DNA from: a virus
Length of the DNA stretch: 64,000 bases
Strand: one strand, 5' to 3'
IMG/VR virus record: IMGVR_UViG_3300049020_000031
Coordinates: 64,001 to 128,000 of that record
This document shows positions 62,348-64,000 of this stretch, in pieces (the stretch's first letter is position 1; the number at the start of each line of letters is the position of its first letter). The notes under the pieces were generated by a model. The model worked only from the letters and a program-made list of their open reading frames with translations. It did no database searches and was not told the DNA's origin. The translations under genes and the position numbers were made by a program.

Positions 62348-62692
62348 TCACTTTACCACCAGAGTTGAATTGGAACAACAATCTACCAACTTATCGTAGA
62401 CGTCTGGCATGACGTTTATACACCCGTTTGTTATACTCTTGCGCTGACGCGGATCACTGCTTTGTAGACGCTCAATGCGTCTTTGGCTGGGGCTAAGGGT
62501 CCATACGCGATGTATCGCCATGATTGAATCCCTGTCTTCATGGAATTTCAATACGTCTCCACCGTATCCCTTCATATCAGTAGTTCGCTGAATGAGGGAG
62601 AATTCACCCCTAGGAGTTGTGGGACCAACTAAGGCAGGATAGCACTGCCCCAGAAAGCAGATAGTAGCTAGGGCTAAATCAACCGTTACCAT
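62348..62692 (-). CDS. L,D-transpeptidase (YkuD-like) catalytic domain
   Basis: TPRGEF, AIHRVW, TNGCINV (H...C dyad). Confidence 0.75.
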   Translation of the reverse strand: MVTVDLALATICFLGQCYPALVGPTTPRGEFSLIQRTTDMKGYGGDVLKFHEDRDSIMAIHRVWTLSPSQRRIERLQSSDPRQRKSITNGCINVMPDVYDKLVDCCSNSTLVVK

Positions 62693-62746
62693 GAGTACTC
62701 CAAAGCAAAGACCCCTGGTAACAATAACCAAGAGCCTTTAATTCGA

Positions 62747-63145
62747 TCACTCGCGAATCTTCTTTGGAGAAACTTCCACTTCACGGATTTCACGGATGAT
62801 TTGTGGAGGAGATTGAATCACCTGTGGTTGAACTGGAGTAGCGACTACTGGTTTGAAAAACAAGTATTCACCACGGCCAAGTCGAGGTTGCCACACGTAG
62901 CCATCACATCGGATCGCACCACCGACATTCGTGCAAGGGACTTCCACTACACGAGGCCAGATGCTCGCTGCCGTGGGCGAACCAGGCAGGTATTGTGGAG
63001 CATGAAACACGTTGTTGTCAACGAGTGTTGCATTCTCCGGACCTGTGGCGCCGGGAGTACCGGAACCATAGGGCTGGTTGTTGATCGTTTGGGCGCCCAA
63101 GGAACCCACCATCAACGCCATAAAAATGCCCAATACGGTTTTCAT
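62747..63145 (-). CDS. secreted hypothetical protein
   Basis: Signal peptide; YLPG.PTAA.IWPRVV.VPC. Confidence 0.65.
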   Translation of the reverse strand: MKTVLGIFMALMVGSLGAQTINNQPYGSGTPGATGPENATLVDNNVFHAPQYLPGSPTAASIWPRVVEVPCTNVGGAIRCDGYVWQPRLGRGEYLFFKPVVATPVQPQVIQSPPQIIREIREVEVSPKKIRE

Positions 63146-63157
63146 GGTGGTGTTCCT

Positions 63158-63913
63158 TTACTTTGCGCGACCAGCGATGTAGGGGTCGCTCATATTAGCA
63201 CCAGCAAAGCTAGCTGGAACTGTTTGAGCGCGCCACGCCGTAGGGGCCACGGTGCCTTGAGCTGGAGCTTCCGCAACTGGACGGTTTGCACGAGCTTGTT
63301 CGGTTTGTGGGCAGACGAAGCCGGTCAGTTCCAGAGCAGTCTTTGCATCTGGATCCATGCAGTCCATGGCCAGGCTTGCGGCCTTCATGCCCTTGTTCCA
63401 TAGTTCGCGGCTCATCTTGATACGCTTGCAATGTTCGTCAGCGTAAGTGGAACCACCACCCAGACCGAAACCTGCCACCGACACAGCACCGCTGGCAGAG
63501 CCCATGCAGGTGTCGTTGCTGGAAGTTAGGTTGGGAGCGTTCATGGACGGGACGTTCTTCACCTTGTAGTCGCCGCTGTACACGACCTTTTCAGTACGTT
63601 CGCCACTCAGTACTTGTTCAGTACGGCCGTTCACGTTCTGGTTTTGAGTCGTTGTGCCGGAAACGTTCTGGTTCACGGTCGAGACTTCAGGCGAGTTGAA
63701 GTTGATCGAGGGGTTGAATGTCTGGTTGTTACCAGCATTCACCGCAGAGCCACCAGCACCACCGCCACCGCCTTGTGCGACTGCTTGCGAGCTCGAACCA
63801 GAGGTCACATTGGTTGTCTGGCCTTGACCGGCGAGGCCGTTGGCGACTGCCTGGGCGTGAGCACCTACGGAGAAAACCGCGGCGATTGCAAATGCGAGAA
63901 CTGTCTTTTTCAT
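63158..63913 (-). CDS. secreted low-complexity hypothetical protein
   Basis: MKKTVLAFAIAAVFSVGAHA signal peptide; Cys-containing DTCMGS..D..C domain. Confidence 0.7.
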   Translation of the reverse strand: MKKTVLAFAIAAVFSVGAHAQAVANGLAGQGQTTNVTSGSSSQAVAQGGGGGAGGSAVNAGNNQTFNPSINFNSPEVSTVNQNVSGTTTQNQNVNGRTEQVLSGERTEKVVYSGDYKVKNVPSMNAPNLTSSNDTCMGSASGAVSVAGFGLGGGSTYADEHCKRIKMSRELWNKGMKAASLAMDCMDPDAKTALELTGFVCPQTEQARANRPVAEAPAQGTVAPTAWRAQTVPASFAGANMSDPYIAGRAK

Positions 63914-64000
63914 GAAAACTCCTTGAGTTGGAATATAGGGGGACGGGGTGTGGGTGAACTAGAGGTCATGACTTTAGAGGCCATGACCTCCAAGCCGCTT

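Noticed and set aside
2061-63403. Numerous antisense or overlapping ORFs in the track (e.g. 11023..11442, 34023..34445, 60157..60711, 62801..63403)
   Set aside because: They are shadow frames opposite well-supported genes, with no motifs or ribosome-binding sites.
1-64000. Genome-wide TAG reassignment (code 15)
   Set aside because: All long conserved genes are intact in code 11 and several ORFs end in TAG with the next gene overlapping. The only convincing internal TAG I found is in pth2.
63920-64000. Riboswitch upstream of 63913 (hairpin GAGGTCATG..CATGACCTC)
   Set aside because: It is a single hairpin at the window edge with no recognisable aptamer consensus.

Overview
A 64-kb stretch of a large (jumbo-type, T4-superfamily-related) dsDNA phage genome that probably infects a proteobacterium. 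It is densely packed with short, mostly minus-strand ORFs and reads in the standard genetic code, since the long conserved genes are intact. Recognisable genes include both type II topoisomerase subunits, ClpX, ClpS, Hsp20, IF3, RtcB, a Thg1-like protein, an RlaP-like nucleotidyltransferase, the C-terminus of a probable CCA-adding enzyme, AlkB, a TGT/DpdA-like transglycosylase, agmatinase, a saccharopine-dehydrogenase-family enzyme, DksA/TraR, vWA, WYL, YccA, an L,D-transpeptidase and a gp23/24-like capsid paralogue. The most striking observations are missing from the ORF track. (1) An amber-suppressor tRNA (anticodon CUA, 47849-47923) occurs together with a peptidyl-tRNA hydrolase (Pth2) gene whose likely start (SD + ATG at 51042) is followed by an in-frame TAG at codon 5, so full-length Pth2 appears to need amber readthrough. 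(2) A circularly permuted two-piece tmRNA (tag ANDNSYNQAIAA) has a 118-nt intervening segment that folds into its own tRNA-like element with two T-loop arms. (3) The hsp20 leader resembles a ROSE thermometer, and an unexplained ~175-nt structured RNA sits at ~8265-8435. (4) Many genes look leaderless, a conserved CACCAAATGA motif recurs in promoter spacers, and a family of >20 small proteins shares a C-terminal motif. All calls come from reading motifs by eye; no searches or folding programs were run.
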